Source of the DNA: Ignavibacteria bacterium
GTDB taxonomy: Bacteria; Bacteroidota; Ignavibacteria; Kapaibacteriales; Kapaibacteriaceae
Length of the DNA: 64,000 bases
Assembly: GCA_016191145.1 (NCBI GenBank)
Contig: JACPPD010000015.1
Location: 7,291-71,290, forward strand
Reading direction: 5' to 3'
Program-made: the position numbers and the translations under genes
Shown: positions 19,301-27,883 of the stretch, piece after piece
Layout of the letters: each line of letters starts with the position of its first letter
Position numbering within the stretch: position 1 is the stretch's first letter
Notes under the pieces: generated by a model
Told to the model about the DNA's origin: nothing
The model's database searches: none
The model's input: the letters and a program-made list of their open reading frames with translations, nothing else

Positions 19301-20845
19301 GACACGTTCAGCCCACTTGCTTTTCAAATCATGGGATACCTGTGCAGCCTCCTTAGTGACCTGTGCTGAAGATTTTTCGACAAAGTCATTGACGGTCATC
19401 GTCACCACGGCGAGGTTGATCAGAATGCGTCGTTCTGCTGTCTTGTTGAAGTCATCGGCATAAATTGTCACCGATGACCACCTACCATGCTTGCTCAGCC
19501 ATCCCTGGAATGCAGTGTCGCCTTGCGACGTGCCGTTGACATACGAGTCTGGTATGATGGCGATGACAATACCCTGCGGCTTAACCATCATTACGGCGCG
19601 GCGAACATGTTCCTGACCGATACCTTTGGCATACGGTGGATTCATGACGACAGCGTCGTAGGCATGTTCGACAGAGCTGTCAAGCTGAGCGCGTCCGCGA
19701 GCGTCAAATGAGCTGACGCCATAGTTCAGGTAATCCCGTGCTACGACGTTAAACCCTTTGAGCATCAGATATTCGGCGCGCACCGGCGAGAGCTCGATGA
19801 CGTCGAGGCGTGCCCCAGCAATCGTCTCGACGATTGTCGTTGCCAGCATACCGGATCCAGCTGAGGGTTCTAAGATACGCGCCTGTGGCGTCGTCGCTGC
19901 CAAGGCGTGCAGCCTAGGCGTGATGTGTTCTTTGATGATATGCTCTGGCGTCGGATAGAACTGCTCGGACTGAGCCTCTTCTGTAAAGATCTCCTGAAGC
20001 AGAACGCGCAACCGTGATGCCGTCTGTTCTGCCGTCAACGTCCGGCCATTCTCAGCAATCGTTTTCTGTTGCAGATCGGTAATTGCCTGTTTGTCTGAAG
20101 CCTCGGGAGTGCCGTTTTTCATTCGTGTGGCCATTTTTGACCACGCAAGCTGTTCATCACGCAAAGCCCTACGTTGGCTGTCGATTGTCTCGTCGTAACT
20201 CTTACGCGTCCCCGTCCAACCTTCCGGAAGCGTCTGTAGGTGTTCAATCTTGAGGTTCAGCTCATCTGAGCGTGCCATAGCCTGTGCGAAGAGCTGTTCG
20301 AAGATCCATGGCAACACTGCCTGGTCATAGTCGAGCCTCAGGCCACCATCGCGTATCAGTGCTGAAGCGGGTATCGTCTCTGGGCTGGCTTCGGCCTGTT
20401 GTCTCTCGGCTGGCGCCGTGGCTTGTTGCATGCACTTGCTGAAGGCTTCTTCCCTGCCTTTGACGTAGTCGAAGCCAAGAACCTCCGAGATTGGTGCCAG
20501 CGACTCGTCCATTATTTGCGCTGCCTGTGAGGGTAGCACCCCTGAACAGACTGCTGAAGCCACCAGCTCGATAATTGAGACCACCTTTACCACAATACGT
20601 TGTGTGCGGCTCATATCTTCAAGCGTCGCTGCCAGAGGGTCGTCAAGGCCACGCTGAATGTCGCCGAGGCCACGCGTGAACTCCCCTCGCTGCCTGTGTT
20701 GCAGCTGCTGGCCGGTCTGCATGGCAAAGGTACGTGCCTCATGAGCCAATGGCGTATCCGGAACGGTCGCAGCTAGGTGCAGCAAAGTGTCGAGGCGCCG
20801 CTGTAGCTGTGTAATTTCAGCAAAATGATCGCGTGTGTAATTCAT
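16352..20845 (-). CDS. N6-adenine methyltransferase fused to Strawberry-notch-like SF2 helicase
   Basis: QFYPTP, LEPSAGSG, NPPY (MTase); FLLADGTGVGKT, FDEAH, TATP, GGTGINL, QAIGRVVR (helicase). Confidence 0.88.
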   Translation of the reverse strand: MNYTRDHFAEITQLQRRLDTLLHLAATVPDTPLAHEARTFAMQTGQQLQHRQRGEFTRGLGDIQRGLDDPLAATLEDMSRTQRIVVKVVSIIELVASAVCSGVLPSQAAQIMDESLAPISEVLGFDYVKGREEAFSKCMQQATAPAERQQAEASPETIPASALIRDGGLRLDYDQAVLPWIFEQLFAQAMARSDELNLKIEHLQTLPEGWTGTRKSYDETIDSQRRALRDEQLAWSKMATRMKNGTPEASDKQAITDLQQKTIAENGRTLTAEQTASRLRVLLQEIFTEEAQSEQFYPTPEHIIKEHITPRLHALAATTPQARILEPSAGSGMLATTIVETIAGARLDVIELSPVRAEYLMLKGFNVVARDYLNYGVSSFDARGRAQLDSSVEHAYDAVVMNPPYAKGIGQEHVRRAVMMVKPQGIVIAIIPDSYVNGTSQGDTAFQGWLSKHGRWSSVTIYADDFNKTAERRILINLAVVTMTVNDFVEKSSAQVTKEAAQVSHDLKSKWAERVDIPQAGTAIDHDFRPPQTITARRLATKPATIDIVDPSLRKHEFIKPEIFEGVNKAVEGLDKNGGFLLADGTGVGKTLQQLIVARHYWLQEHKPVLIFTVSDRVIQGSFFGDAQKLGWKTPDRIDTASGKDLPKKPRNYKGLYDDVSTPSVYLAQQDKPLRNGINIATYNTLSNWTGLESTQSTLDLADGLYREQLRIYKSHINALREELDQKYPKVNGKRTKPRGTEGISAEFERRRKALWDEDIDEHPAAAQLQQAREAHDMAIAKAMAAFAKDAPVIIFDEAHSIKNAGDGLDADSQSNRARLALTLVNNAKRVMYTTATPTDRPQDVLYLKKLGFWRDDAEYRMGMRAIGYEWQAPKKNTKGDLVQPGRWKMNGKMDPFEFKRANAEMQRIFYLATEEGAMLRRELELTNLTVTMHKFNAPESALALMEKIVDHYTDYVNGRQVTDWMAAYSVMLQELESYKIEKALELIDAAVKRGRQVVVFVATTYTGDDTRMATGSAKSGATETLARILSQRYGDDKVGVLIGTENDYENYRRLENVDNFQKGKLRVLIGTITSGGTGINLDDTTGKNPREMVIVTAPLSFINVMQAIGRVVRAKTASRSYAHFIFSENTDVDRWLSRILATKFATLAATVEGESSRLDPAQMASAEEGDEASATSLIVPTARVAEAETKRRHPLLVKTNRRWEGWTMPNNVPLYVEVSGTPKNTLLSVGGRSRDDLTTFLTTHKDLIEELSLKPNPVESYRRYNGSYLGALYSDRSSERFTTTLEQLLNVIDARVKSIASVGKPFDIGDRVTTLEAIDFANVAIATLGTITNVRPPMIEGDSYRYDLKTDDGREVKSILGYVLSKPAEARPSPVAVKVGDQWYYKYGTSGRERFLSVTVSGVTPNEIAIERRMWLKTPSYELNHHPDEDRAKVEHDTIDVLEFDELKKYAFQRRDTYGYRERWELLSQKPYGARHEMPAVADDAQMHDDMMPVLS

Positions 20846-20989
20846 GGGTCTTCCGTCTGTCTAGTCTCGCCTATGCCACTTTCTTTTCATCTACCAGTGT
20901 CTTCAATTCCGTCATGAACCCATCGATCTTAGCTTCAATTACGTCGAGGGTCTTCGCGTCTACTTCTTCTGCGTGTGGTGCCGCTGCCG

Positions 20990-21973
20990 TTATCGCAGTA
21001 GCTTTTCCAGGCCTGGCCTTCGTCTCCCGTGATGTTGAGACATCCGGTCGTGACTCAGGAGTACCCTTTTCTTAGCAGGTGTGGCCTTGGCTGGTGCCTT
21101 CATCTTGACGGTGGCTTTCGGTGACGGTTTTGTTATCGCCACAGGTGTAGCTCGTTTCATGGCAATGTGTTGTACTTTTTTCTCCGGTGTGCTGCGCCGC
21201 CTGCTGAGTTCAGCGCGGATTTCTGTTGAAGAGTGCGCAAGCACATATTCCCACGTGAGGCCGTGCATCTTCTTAAACGTCTTCGAAAGTGTCTTCGGTC
21301 CATGGCCGATGGGTTTTAATCGTGCTAGGTCGTTGGTGAAGACCGCGCCGCGCTCTGAAGGTGTGCAAGCCATGACGTAGCGCTTTACGATGTATCCGGC
21401 ATCGTTGTGAGAGCAGTACACACGCCAGCGCTGCGTCAGCACGACGTCGAGGTCTGAGAGCTTCCTGTTGAGATCTTCGATGCGCTTGAGGTGTTCACTT
21501 GTAAACGACCTGGCGTCAGACAGCTGAGGCTTGCCGTCGTCATCGTCATCGTTAGGCTCAAGAACCTCATCGTTCAACGTGACGCCAGCCATGCTCGCCA
21601 GGCGCGACCCTGATGTGGCATGTCTTCCTGTTGACGCCAGCAGTCCCCCTGTAAACGACGCCAGCTCGTGCGTCGTTGCCGATGCCGGATGGTTTTTTTT
21701 AAGGCGCCACGTTCGTGCCACCACCGAGGCGCGCTTGCTACGGCGTAGTGCTCTCTTGTTTTTTTTCTGTACCCGTGGCGTGGAGCCTCCACCTGCTGGC
21801 TTGGAAGGTGCTCTTCGTCGCCGCACGGCGACGACAGGCGTCGTATGCTTTTTACGTTTTACGGGGTTACACTCGTTAGCTTTTGAGCTCCGACGAGGCT
21901 TACGACGCGAACCTTTCGGTGCCTTGTCACGGGTCACAGTAATCGTTACATCGTCTCGTAGTGAAGATAACAT
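20990..21973 (-). CDS. Highly basic K/R-rich protein (possible frameshifted extension to 20871)
   Basis: K/R-rich N-terminal third, acidic patch, central globular region. Confidence 0.7.
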   Translation of the reverse strand: MLSSLRDDVTITVTRDKAPKGSRRKPRRSSKANECNPVKRKKHTTPVVAVRRRRAPSKPAGGGSTPRVQKKNKRALRRSKRASVVARTWRLKKNHPASATTHELASFTGGLLASTGRHATSGSRLASMAGVTLNDEVLEPNDDDDDGKPQLSDARSFTSEHLKRIEDLNRKLSDLDVVLTQRWRVYCSHNDAGYIVKRYVMACTPSERGAVFTNDLARLKPIGHGPKTLSKTFKKMHGLTWEYVLAHSSTEIRAELSRRRSTPEKKVQHIAMKRATPVAITKPSPKATVKMKAPAKATPAKKRVLLSHDRMSQHHGRRRPGLEKLLR

Positions 21974-22011
21974 AGGTGTGCATTCTCCCGATAGAAGTGT
22001 GTGGTCAACAA

Positions 22012-22157
22012 AAAACAGTGTGCGCGCATCTTTGCCGGACCTTCAGCGTTGTGCTCATAACACCGAACGGCGTCGGGGCAGTGCGTGTGACCGTGTTGTA
22101 GGAGCACGCAACGGTGTTTTTGTGGCCTCGGCCGACGATGCGCGCACGATGTGTTTT
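22012..22157. other. Long intergenic rod-like hairpin
   Basis: gtgcgcgcatc (22020-22030) pairs with gatgcgcgcac (22137-22147); inner cgttgtgctc...ataacac pairs with gtgttgt...gagcacgcaacg. Confidence 0.65.
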
Positions 22158-22195
22158 CATTGGCGATGTCATTGTTTCAAATTGATAGCTGCTTT

Positions 22196-22708
22196 CTATT
22201 CTACAGTGAGGTCCGAACCGTCATACCACAGGCGTTTGCTGCGTCGGAAGTCAGCAACGAGAGCTCTGAAATCACCTGGCTTCATGTTGTGAAAGTATTC
22301 CCCACTCTGATACAGGTGTTCGAGATTTCTCACCACAGCGGCTATGGCTGCCTTTTGATTCGGAAAATACGCTGTCGACTCTATCGTGCCGGTGCCCTTC
22401 GTCCGCGGCGCCAGCGAGAGCTTGTTAAATGACGTCCACGTGTTCATCGTTGGTGTGGTCACCACGACGCGTGCTTTCGTGTTTTTGCGTCCACGTTTGC
22501 CTCTCGGCTTATGATCGTTCAGCGTTGAAGCTTTGGAACTATCGGCATCGGAGGGTGCCTTAGTCATAATCCACACTAAGCCAAGAGCGGCACCGGCCGT
22601 CAGAACGATGCCAGCGATAAGCAGCGGTATCGGGGTGGCTATAGATCCCGTCGTGACGGTGTCATCACCGACGGCGGAGGCAGCAGCAGGTAGGCAGTTG
22701 GGACACAT
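22196..22708 (-). CDS. Single-pass membrane protein
   Basis: TM IPLLIAGIVLTAGAALGLVWIM followed by a basic patch. Confidence 0.7.
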   Translation of the reverse strand: MCPNCLPAAASAVGDDTVTTGSIATPIPLLIAGIVLTAGAALGLVWIMTKAPSDADSSKASTLNDHKPRGKRGRKNTKARVVVTTPTMNTWTSFNKLSLAPRTKGTGTIESTAYFPNQKAAIAAVVRNLEHLYQSGEYFHNMKPGDFRALVADFRRSKRLWYDGSDLTVE

Positions 22709-22750
22709 ATCAGCTCTCGTATTTTTCTGTGCGTGTGATAGAAATTGGTG

Positions 22751-23395
22751 TTATAGATCAAGTTGAAGACCTAGACGGTAGATGGGGTTGAAGTCAGTGG
22801 TACGCACACGGGCGTCAGCAACGACGCTCATGTCGCCATTGAGGTAGAGGCGGATGCCGCCACTGAACTCTGCTGACCAGCCGTCAGCCTGGCGTGTGGC
22901 TCCGGAGAAAAGATATGGCACGAAGTGTAGGCCAACGACTTTGCCACCCTGAGATGCCGTAGGCGTTTTCTCGGTGACGTCTTGGGCATAGCGCAGGTCT
23001 ATGGTGCGCATGGTCTCATTGCATTCGATAACGATAGAATCAATACCGTGTATCGTACGAACGATGGTGTCGACACGGAAGATACGCTGGGAGCCAAGAC
23101 GCCGCACTTCTCGATTGAGGCTGTCTACGGCGCGGTAGAGCGATACGATACGCATGCTGTCAGCAGCAGGGGGAATGTCGGTGACAACCGTCGGTGTCGC
23201 CGAGCGGATGACAACAGGCGGCGCCGCAACCTGTGGCCCTTCTGCCGGTGAGCACTGCCTCAACAAGAGCGCCGTCACGATGGCCGTGACAACGACAGCG
23301 AGGGCTATTGGCGTCGCAGTCTTCACTGTTGCGCTCTCCAGTAACCACGAGGGCACTCTTCGTCGCGGTGGAAGGTCTTCTCCGGCAGCTTGCAC
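22751..23395 (-). CDS. Membrane-anchored protein with C-terminal beta-strands (spanin-like candidate; start uncertain)
   Basis: N-terminal TM, short coiled coil, amphipathic strands ending YRLGLQLDL. Confidence 0.55.
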   Translation of the reverse strand: MQAAGEDLPPRRRVPSWLLESATVKTATPIALAVVVTAIVTALLLRQCSPAEGPQVAAPPVVIRSATPTVVTDIPPAADSMRIVSLYRAVDSLNREVRRLGSQRIFRVDTIVRTIHGIDSIVIECNETMRTIDLRYAQDVTEKTPTASQGGKVVGLHFVPYLFSGATRQADGWSAEFSGGIRLYLNGDMSVVADARVRTTDFNPIYRLGLQLDL

Positions 23396-23538
23396 TTACA
23401 GATGCCACAGTATTCTATCGGCGTTACCTTACGAAAAGGACATGACCTACAGATGGCATAGCGCTGCCGTGACATCTCTGAATGACCTGTCAGGATAGCG
23501 CGCACAAGGTTGCGTGCACCGTTGGTAAGAAAGCCCAT
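23323..23538 (-). CDS. Small Cys-rich protein
   Basis: RYAICRSC...CGICKC...CPRGYW, a pattern seen in small phage proteins. Confidence 0.65.
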   Translation of the reverse strand: MGFLTNGARNLVRAILTGHSEMSRQRYAICRSCPFRKVTPIEYCGICKCKLPEKTFHRDEECPRGYWRAQQ

Positions 23539-23573
23539 GACTTTGCCGTACCTACTCTCTCTCTGTGTGTGTG

Positions 23574-23840
23574 TTACTTCTTAGAAGGACTTTTCTTGCC
23601 CCCTTCGGTCTTGTCGGCAGGCTTGCGTCGTGGCTGGCCTGTAGCCACCGCGGCGTCGACGCTGGGAGCCCCTACCTTCTGCATGCGCCTGTGCGCAGCC
23701 AGGATAGCACCTGGAATACGCGAACGCTCGGCCTCGATACGCTGTTCGTTGAACTTCGTGATTTGAATCGCAGCGCCAGACGCATCACGTACCGTCTCGA
23801 TAATGGTCTGCCCGTCGTGGGTGAAATCGTGCTTATACAT
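23574..23840 (-). CDS. Small basic hypothetical protein
   Basis: ATG at 23840 with AGGAG upstream. Confidence 0.6.
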   Translation of the reverse strand: MYKHDFTHDGQTIIETVRDASGAAIQITKFNEQRIEAERSRIPGAILAAHRRMQKVGAPSVDAAVATGQPRRKPADKTEGGKKSPSKK

Positions 23841-23851
23841 CTTGTGAACTC

Positions 23852-24448
23852 CTATGGTTGAGGTTTGCCTGTACGTTTTTTGAGTGCTATGTAGAAGAGT
23901 GAACCTACCGTGCCCAGGGCCGCACCTACCAATACCCATTTGAGCAGCTGCGATGATGAGGCCGTCACTGTCAACGCCTTTGACGGCGTGGGAGACGTTT
24001 TTTTCGGGTCCAGGCCGTCACTCACAAACATCGACTGCTCCAGCAGACGGCGCTTGACGAGACCCTTGAGTTTACGACCTGTGCGATCTGTGAGGCCTAC
24101 CTCAGATATACGCTCGGAGGCCGCTTTGTAGTCTCCGGCGTTCATCATATCGGGTATGCCTGTGTTCTTAAGACCTGTATACCCCATATTGTAAGACATC
24201 GACACCAAGGCATCGAACATACCCTGCGTCATCGGAACCTGTACCAGACGGTGTACGCATGATTCGAAATTGCTGACGTCGCCGCGAGCAAGCTCATAAG
24301 CCCGCTCGACAGTGATAGGCGATTCCTTTACGCCACTGCCGGTATGACCGCAGCCTATGGTCGGCACACCCGACGTGTCGGCATACACTTCGGTCTGAAG
24401 CGACTCCCACTGGCATAGCAGTAGGATAAAGTCTTGAGAGACGGTCAT
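23852..24448 (-). CDS. GH24 phage lysozyme with C-terminal TM anchor
   Basis: WES...YADTSGVPTIGCGHT (E-D-T triad), FDALVSMSYNMG, LKGLVKRRLLE; hydrophobic tail then KKR. Confidence 0.9.
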   Translation of the reverse strand: MTVSQDFILLLCQWESLQTEVYADTSGVPTIGCGHTGSGVKESPITVERAYELARGDVSNFESCVHRLVQVPMTQGMFDALVSMSYNMGYTGLKNTGIPDMMNAGDYKAASERISEVGLTDRTGRKLKGLVKRRLLEQSMFVSDGLDPKKTSPTPSKALTVTASSSQLLKWVLVGAALGTVGSLFYIALKKRTGKPQP

Positions 24449-24786
24449 TTTCTGCGTTTCTGTCCTTTACGTTTCGCCGTACGCTTTCCCTTGAAAAAAG
24501 GTAGCTTCTTTTCCTTGATGAGGAACATGATGCCCCCCACCGTTCCTGCCACGCCGGCCACGAACAGCGCCGATGATAGGATGACGCCAGGAAGGCCCAG
24601 TTCTCCCACAGCAGACGTGAGGTCACCCATCTGTGGCGTCGTTCTGGCTGGCGTTGTGGTAACGACGCCTGAAGCAGGTCCCGACATGACACGTTCTACA
24701 TAATCCTGGCAGTCCTGGCAGCGCCCTGTCTTCTCGTTAAAGCACCGGTATTTACCACACGGGTTTTTCTTACCATATAATCCCAT
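24445..24786 (-). CDS. Small membrane protein with Cys motif and basic tail
   Basis: CxxxxC...CxxC, TM segment, K/R tail. Confidence 0.65.
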   Translation of the reverse strand: MGLYGKKNPCGKYRCFNEKTGRCQDCQDYVERVMSGPASGVVTTTPARTTPQMGDLTSAVGELGLPGVILSSALFVAGVAGTVGGIMFLIKEKKLPFFKGKRTAKRKGQKRRK

Positions 24787-24819
24787 TTTGTTGTCTTTCT
24801 GGAGTGTTGTTGTTCGTTG

Positions 24820-25311
24820 TCACTGGGCGCGTAGATATCGACGGCGCTTCCACCATGTATACACTAGGCCACCACCCATCATTGCTAGCAGCGTCCACTG
24901 TATCCATGACGTGCCAGCTTGAAGTGTGTCGCAGTTTTTTCTGGCCGCGCCACACCAGTTTTGTTCGACATGGACGTGACCTGTATGTGGGTTTTCGCCT
25001 GTGTAGTCATGCCATCCATCCTTCGGATCCCAGATACGTCGCCAGAAGATGATACGCTGTATCTGGTATTTTTCAGTCCTGTTGAGAAGCCACTCGACTA
25101 CGGCGTCACCTAAGGGGCGTGATGTCACCATGATGTCGACGGCACGTCCCTCGGAATGAATCGAAAGAGAATCGCCTCCGACGACGTCGCGGCAGTTGTA
25201 GATGCCGCCATTGCGGGCATCGGGAAAAGCGCCGAGGATGTCCTCCTTGAAGGCGACAGTCCCCGGCTGCGCTTTTCCTGTACACGATACCGCTGGGTCG
25301 ATGCGAATCAT
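24820..25311 (-). CDS. M15/hedgehog-fold Zn peptidase-like protein with C-terminal TM
   Basis: SIHSEGRAVD (Hx6D) and HTGHVHVE (HxH); TM then KRRR. Confidence 0.75.
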   Translation of the reverse strand: MIRIDPAVSCTGKAQPGTVAFKEDILGAFPDARNGGIYNCRDVVGGDSLSIHSEGRAVDIMVTSRPLGDAVVEWLLNRTEKYQIQRIIFWRRIWDPKDGWHDYTGENPHTGHVHVEQNWCGAARKNCDTLQAGTSWIQWTLLAMMGGGLVYTWWKRRRYLRAQ

Positions 25312-25343
25312 AAAATGGCTGTACCCTATAAAGGCGTGGCCCC

Positions 25344-25709
25344 TTAGGCCACGACGAAGGTTCCGATGACGTTATAGGTCTTCCAGATCGTCGACGGCCC
25401 GCCGACGACACACTCGAATTCGACGACGTCGAGTGCTGTGCCGGCAGTCAAAGAGCCAGCGACACCTGCCGTCGTGTTACCGGCGATATGCCTGATCTGC
25501 TGACCCGCAGCTTGGGTGATGGTGTAGACACCGGCTCCCATGCCGAGGATCGTCATAAGATCACCGACTTGTGCCGACGCTGGCAGTGCCAGGTTAGCAA
25601 CACCACCGGTGTAGTGATGTGAACGGTTAACTTCCAGAGTTGCCGCACCGGTAACGACCTTGGGCCTCTTCTGGTTCAATCTTTTTACGAAGCCGCTAGA
25701 AATACCCAT
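25344..25709 (-). CDS. Small beta-rich putative virion/spike protein
   Basis: LALPASAQVGDLMTI pattern similar to phage fibre-associated beta domains. Confidence 0.55.
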   Translation of the reverse strand: MGISSGFVKRLNQKRPKVVTGAATLEVNRSHHYTGGVANLALPASAQVGDLMTILGMGAGVYTITQAAGQQIRHIAGNTTAGVAGSLTAGTALDVVEFECVVGGPSTIWKTYNVIGTFVVA

Positions 25710-25818
25710 ATCAGGGTTCCTTTATGAAAAGTGAAAAGAGTAGAGGCATTTTTACAGCCGCCTCTTGTGTGATAGTGCTGAGTACTGTTGTTGCCATTAA
25801 GGCTATGACGAAGTGCGG

Positions 25819-26469
25819 TCATGGAAGCTCCCATAGTCGCGTAAGCCGAATCGTCGATCCTGCTTTCGCCAGCCAGAATTCATTGACAGATGGTGGAATA
25901 TTCGCCGAGAGCTTGAGGAACAACGCGACTTCCGTGCCGCCAACGAGGTATAAGTCCAGTGTTTGGACCATGGCGGCAATGGAACCCCACCAATTAGCGG
26001 GGATCGTTTGCAGGTCGATAAATGTTAGGTCGTTCGAAGAGTTGTATACTGGCACTACCCCATTAGGATAGACTTTGACCCCACCGGAGGCCACAGCGCC
26101 TCTGCGTAGCGTTGCCACCGTCGTGTGTGCAGGCCTCGTCGTCAATGTCATATAGGCAGCAGGAGGACTTGCGAACAGTTGACCGATGTCGGTATACTCT
26201 CCGTAGAAAAAAAGTTCCAAACGATATACCGCATCGCCGGCAGGCGTCATGACAGACATGGCTTTACCGCCGGCAAAGGTGATGGTATAGTCGTTTGCCA
26301 GGACTCCGTCGGTGACAGCTGAGCCTCCCTGTGTCTGGTTCGTCCATTTGGATATCGCTGCGTCGTAGGTAGGGACATCCCCCTGTTGGGGGTTGGTGAT
26401 CACGACGTCATTCAACCGCTCAAAGCGCGTCTTACCAAAGGCAACCGGTGGTGAGCGACGTTCACTCAT
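25819..26469 (-). CDS. Putative spike/receptor-binding protein
   Basis: LNDVVITNPQQGDVPTYD...KWTN fibre-shaft motif followed by a beta-rich head. Confidence 0.6.
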   Translation of the reverse strand: MSERRSPPVAFGKTRFERLNDVVITNPQQGDVPTYDAAISKWTNQTQGGSAVTDGVLANDYTITFAGGKAMSVMTPAGDAVYRLELFFYGEYTDIGQLFASPPAAYMTLTTRPAHTTVATLRRGAVASGGVKVYPNGVVPVYNSSNDLTFIDLQTIPANWWGSIAAMVQTLDLYLVGGTEVALFLKLSANIPPSVNEFWLAKAGSTIRLTRLWELP

Positions 26470-27173
26470 TACGTTATCCCCATGCTGCGTGAGATGACAC
26501 CTCGAAAGAACATGCGCACGAGAGGGTGGCGCCAGTTGCGGAGCTTGAGGGCTACGCCACCGCCGTCACGCTGTGAACCTTGTCGATCCACAGAGACGTT
26601 GAAGGCCACAGTCTGTATCCAGCCGTAGTTGCGGTCTTGAGCATCCCATATACGCTCGGCGTGACCGAGGTATTGCTCACCGAGCTTCCAGATGATGATG
26701 TCACCGCGGCGAGGACTACCCAGGGGCTCCTGCGTGCCTGTGCGCAGGGCACGATCAAAGCATGCCTGTGTCGAGGCAGTGCGCAGGATGGGGATATCTC
26801 GGCTTGTCAGCGCAAGACCTGAAACCGTCTCAAGAAAACTGTAATAGTGACCGGCAAGGCAGTAGGGGAACCCTTCGCCAAGGCCGACAGAACGTAGATA
26901 CTGACCGACGCGGACACCGTCGTTACGTCCCGTCGCCTCGCGTGTTCCTACCTCACGATAGGCGCGCAGCAGCGAGCGCTCCCAGAGTGCGGAGTCGCAG
27001 GCTACACTGACACGGATGGGAATAGACCCCTTTGCTGTAGCCGTCATGAAGATGAGCAGTGCCGTGGCCACCATATAGAGAACCACCAACGTCAATGCCA
27101 CACGGCGCGCGAGCTTCATGTGGCGTCCATGCGTCAGCGCAGCAGCTTGAGAAGAAGAAAGCTCACGTTTCAC
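26469..27173 (-). CDS. CHAP-like peptidoglycan amidase with N-terminal TM
   Basis: EVGTREATGRNDG...PYCLA (Cys), GDIIIW...GHAE (His). Confidence 0.75.
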   Translation of the reverse strand: MKRELSSSQAAALTHGRHMKLARRVALTLVVLYMVATALLIFMTATAKGSIPIRVSVACDSALWERSLLRAYREVGTREATGRNDGVRVGQYLRSVGLGEGFPYCLAGHYYSFLETVSGLALTSRDIPILRTASTQACFDRALRTGTQEPLGSPRRGDIIIWKLGEQYLGHAERIWDAQDRNYGWIQTVAFNVSVDRQGSQRDGGGVALKLRNWRHPLVRMFFRGVISRSMGIT

Positions 27174-27493
27174 TGCAATGTGCTCCCCCCACTGGTTGGA
27201 ATAACAGCAAGAAAGTAGTAGGCCATGATCGTCAGCCCGACGACAATAGCTGTACCGAGGTAGATCAATCCCAACGCGAGCACGTTAGAGTTGTCGGTGC
27301 TGCCAATGCGATTGGTGAACTTCAACGTCGTATAGACGAACTGTGCAAATTCCGACATGATAATCGTCACGAGGACAGCCACGACGCTGTTCAGGATGAC
27401 CTGAAGCATCGCCGGCGTGAAGGCCACATAGAAGACGACAGCTGTTGCTACAATCCATGGGAAGTATCGTTTTATAAGGCTCGCAATGTCCAT
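27170..27493 (-). CDS. Holin-like 3-TM membrane protein
   Basis: 107 aa, three hydrophobic segments, immediately upstream of the CHAP amidase. Confidence 0.55.
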   Translation of the reverse strand: MDIASLIKRYFPWIVATAVVFYVAFTPAMLQVILNSVVAVLVTIIMSEFAQFVYTTLKFTNRIGSTDNSNVLALGLIYLGTAIVVGLTIMAYYFLAVIPTSGGSTLQ

Positions 27494-27517
27494 CGTCGTA
27501 ACTCCAATTGTTGAATG

Positions 27518-27883
27518 TTAGTCGCCGAGAAGAGGGATGTTGTTTTTCTTTAGGTAGTTGATAGCCTGCGTTCGTGCGGCGTTCAGAAGGATCTTTGCGA
27601 TGCCGCTGAAGTCATAGGCAGAAACTCTGTCGAGGATCTCCTGTGGTACGCCTGAGCGTATCGACTGCCCCCCAGGCCCTCGATAGATTTTATGCGGATC
27701 TTTCAGCGCGAGCCTGCCGGCAAGAAAGACCTCAAGCTCGTGGAGTCTCATGGTGACTTCCTGCGACGGGATGACTTCCCAGTGGATGATGTTGACGACG
27801 TCGAGGATCTGCTGTGGGACGTCGGGAGCTACCCACAGTGCAGGCTGCGAGGCGCCTCCCGTAGGATGTCGCATTGCGTTCAT
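27518..27883 (-). CDS. Hypothetical protein
   Basis: Coupled ORF in the late operon. Confidence 0.65.
   Translation of the reverse strand: MNAMRHPTGGASQPALWVAPDVPQQILDVVNIIHWEVIPSQEVTMRLHELEVFLAGRLALKDPHKIYRGPGGQSIRSGVPQEILDRVSAYDFSGIAKILLNAARTQAINYLKKNNIPLLGD

Noticed and set aside
16352-20845. Restriction-modification system
   Set aside because: No evident nuclease or specificity subunit; helicase motifs and context fit a DarB-like protein better
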